A DNA stretch of 63,306 nt, the filler included, from Circinaria calcarea (lineage: Eukaryota), in the NCBI GenBank assembly GCA_051942165.1. It is 19 parts of 19 records of this genome, joined end to end, with 100 filler letters (N's around TTAATTAATTAA, not from the genome) between each part and the next. Parts side by side here need not be neighbours in the genome. Positions count along the whole stretch, not along the records: positions 60,080 to 63,306 come from JAVECS010002960.1; 18 more parts are not named here. One strand, written 5' to 3'. Under the pieces are notes generated by a model. The model saw only the letters and a program-made list of their open reading frames with translations. It ran no database searches and was not told the origin of the DNA. A program made the translations under genes and the position numbers. Positions 61,536 to 63,306 of the stretch are shown here, one piece after another (the stretch's first letter is position 1; every line of letters begins with the position of its first letter).

Positions 61536-61851
61536 CACCTAACCCAACCTAACCCAACCGTAAAACCCAAAAAACCCCAAATACTAAACACTAAACACTA
61601 AACACTAAACTCTTCCTACCCTCTTCCTACCCTCTTCCTTCTCAAGACTCCCCTGTTTTCTGTTTTCTGTTCTTACAGTGACGATGACAATGACAGTGAT
61701 AGTGACGGATAAGACAGGACAAGGGTGGAGGGTGGGATGGAACGATGGGATAGGATGGGATGGGATGGGATAGGAAGGAAAGTACGCTTTCCCACCTACC
61801 TTGGACTGTTTAGATTTTGGATTTTTTTTCTATTTCAAGCTACCCTTTTTT

Positions 61852-61888
<37 letters not shown>

Positions 61889-61890
61889 AA
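61536..61890. repeat. Microsatellite / low-complexity cluster
   Basis: (CCTAA/CCCAA)n, (ACTAAAC)n, (CTCTTCCTACC)n, (GGGAT)n and a ~30-nt poly-T. Confidence 0.85.
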
Positions 61891-62517
61891 TAAAAATCAA
61901 AAAGCTTCAACTTTTCCAATGTTTTTGGAACAAAGGGTACATGGTATTTTAATTTTACTTTCCTCGTTTCATTATTTACCTGCCGATCTACAAGAAAGAA
62001 CACAAAAACAAAGAACAAAAACACGGCCCGAATAAGTCTAAGAAAAAAAAGCACGACGAAATACGCCAACGGGACTGAGAACAATTTCATGGTTGGTCCA
62101 ACTTAGAATAAGAAATCACTTCCCCCCCGTGACCCCGGTCCCCGCTCGCTCATGCAGAAACTCTTGATCCGAACGTTTTGCCTGCGGATACCTTGTGTCA
62201 ATCTGTAGTAGCCCAGGCCAGCCCCGGATCAAAGTCTCCGTATTCCTTTCCTTATCAAAGCATCCATCATTCCACCGGGTGAAACCAATCTGTGATAGTG
62301 TTGTGATGAAAGCAGCTCACTTTCTCCGGTCGATCAGCCAGTGGCTTTGCTCACTGAGCTGGAGTTCACCAAAGGAGATGATGACCTAATGTATCTTGTC
62401 CGTTGATCCTGCGATTCGTAGTATCAAAGTCAAACCACACTACAGCTCTAAACACCTCGGATTTCCATTTCGAACCAAGGAATACTGTCTTTTTGGCCAT
62501 TCGCTTTGTTGCAATAC

Positions 62518-63306
62518 CTACGGTACCCACAACTTCCCTCTCCCTCTTGTAGCGGCCCTCGGTGCGCCTGATTTAAGCACAAAGTCAACTTCAGCTTCAG
62601 GCGTCCCCACAGCTCGCCGTGGACTCAGTCGGGGAGAGGGGACACGGTGATTGCCGTTGGAGATACCATTGGGGGTATGGGGTCGAGGCTTGATAATATA
62701 AGAGCGATCAAACGCGTCAGGATCTATGACTGTAGGTTGAGAAGTTGGTTGTTTGTGGACTTGTCTCCGCACGCCTCCTGACGCTTGGTCGAACCGGTGG
62801 ACGGCGTATTGAGTAGAACGCTGGGAGGGATGGTGAGTCTTTGGTTGATTGACCCTTTGAAATTGACTCTGAATCACACTTTGCACCGGAGGCTGGACGG
62901 CAGTCAGAGTATCGTTCGGAAGAACAGTCAGACCTTGATCCTGAACATCACTATCCGGTTGGCTTAGATGGCTGTTTTCGTTCTGGTTCTCAGATTGCGG
63001 CTGAGGGACAGGTGTAGGTCGACGTTGGATTTGTGAAGGAACCGGAGCAGGTGTTTGGACTTGAACCTGGACGGCAATCTGATCTTGCAAATTAGAAACG
63101 ATAGCCGGCGGATGTTGTACGTGGCCCGAATGACGCTTGGGATGCCGAACCTGAGCTGAAGGGGGATTGCGAGCTGTGCCGACACCTGAACTTGAAGGAC
63201 GTTTCCCGGCTGGGGTTTCAACTTGAGTCTCCGACAGAGTTTCAGGCTTGAACAAATCCGGCCGAGGAGTTTGAGGTGGCGTTGCGATAGCAGTTGACTT
63301 AAATGA
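62518..63306 (-). CDS. 3' fragment of a hypothetical protein with a Pro/Gln/Ser-rich disordered tail
   Basis: ORF of at least 245 codons, apparently continuing to the window edge and ending VIDPDAFDRS...EVDFVLKSGAPRAATRGRGKLWVP*. Family not recognised. Confidence 0.6.
   Translation of the reverse strand, partial: SFKSTAIATPPQTPRPDLFKPETLSETQVETPAGKRPSSSGVGTARNPPSAQVRHPKRHSGHVQHPPAIVSNLQDQIAVQVQVQTPAPVPSQIQRRPTPVPQPQSENQNENSHLSQPDSDVQDQGLTVLPNDTLTAVQPPVQSVIQSQFQRVNQPKTHHPSQRSTQYAVHRFDQASGGVRRQVHKQPTSQPTVIDPDAFDRSYIIKPRPHTPNGISNGNHRVPSPRLSPRRAVGTPEAEVDFVLKSGAPRAATRGRGKLWVP

Noticed and set aside
61536..61610. CCTAAC/CCCAAC and ACTAAAC runs as telomeric repeats
   Set aside because: They are not (CCCTAA)n arrays, they are internal to the contig, and they sit among other microsatellites.
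61817..62090. Poly-Phe and poly-Lys ORFs
   Set aside because: These are translations of a poly-T tract.

Overview
This is filamentous ascomycete (Pezizomycotina) nuclear DNA, and it is not a contiguous locus. It is 19 unrelated contigs of about 3.23-3.25 kb, sorted by decreasing length and joined by identical 100-bp artificial spacers (N44-TTAATTAATTAA-N44), so synteny only means something within a contig. The genes are intron-containing and many are truncated at contig ends. Housekeeping genes: SHB17-like phosphatase, an SDR, XRCC2-like, SOM1, TAF8, eIF2-beta, SKP1, SMP3/PIG-Z, MCP1/DUF1691, PPN1, POP5, MRPS5, TRM2, a divergent methylcitrate synthase/lyase pair, MesA/AFI1 and tRNA-Ala(UGC). 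Secondary-metabolism-type genes: a DMATS prenyltransferase, an O-methyltransferase and a DHA2 MFS pump. Also present are two pseudogenes, RIP-scarred solo LTRs and MITEs. The most interesting candidates are (1) a protein fusing a HeLo-like fungal N-terminal domain, a DUF6590 domain (inferred MazF/PemK-like) and a degenerate SH3 domain; (2) a Leptosphaeria-type DTD rhodopsin; (3) an intronless HET-domain gene wedged between transposon relics; and (4) an FHA-kinase facing a head-to-head ORF with a similar N-terminus. All family assignments come from motif recognition by eye; no database search was run. No complete multi-gene novel system can be shown, given the fragmentation.
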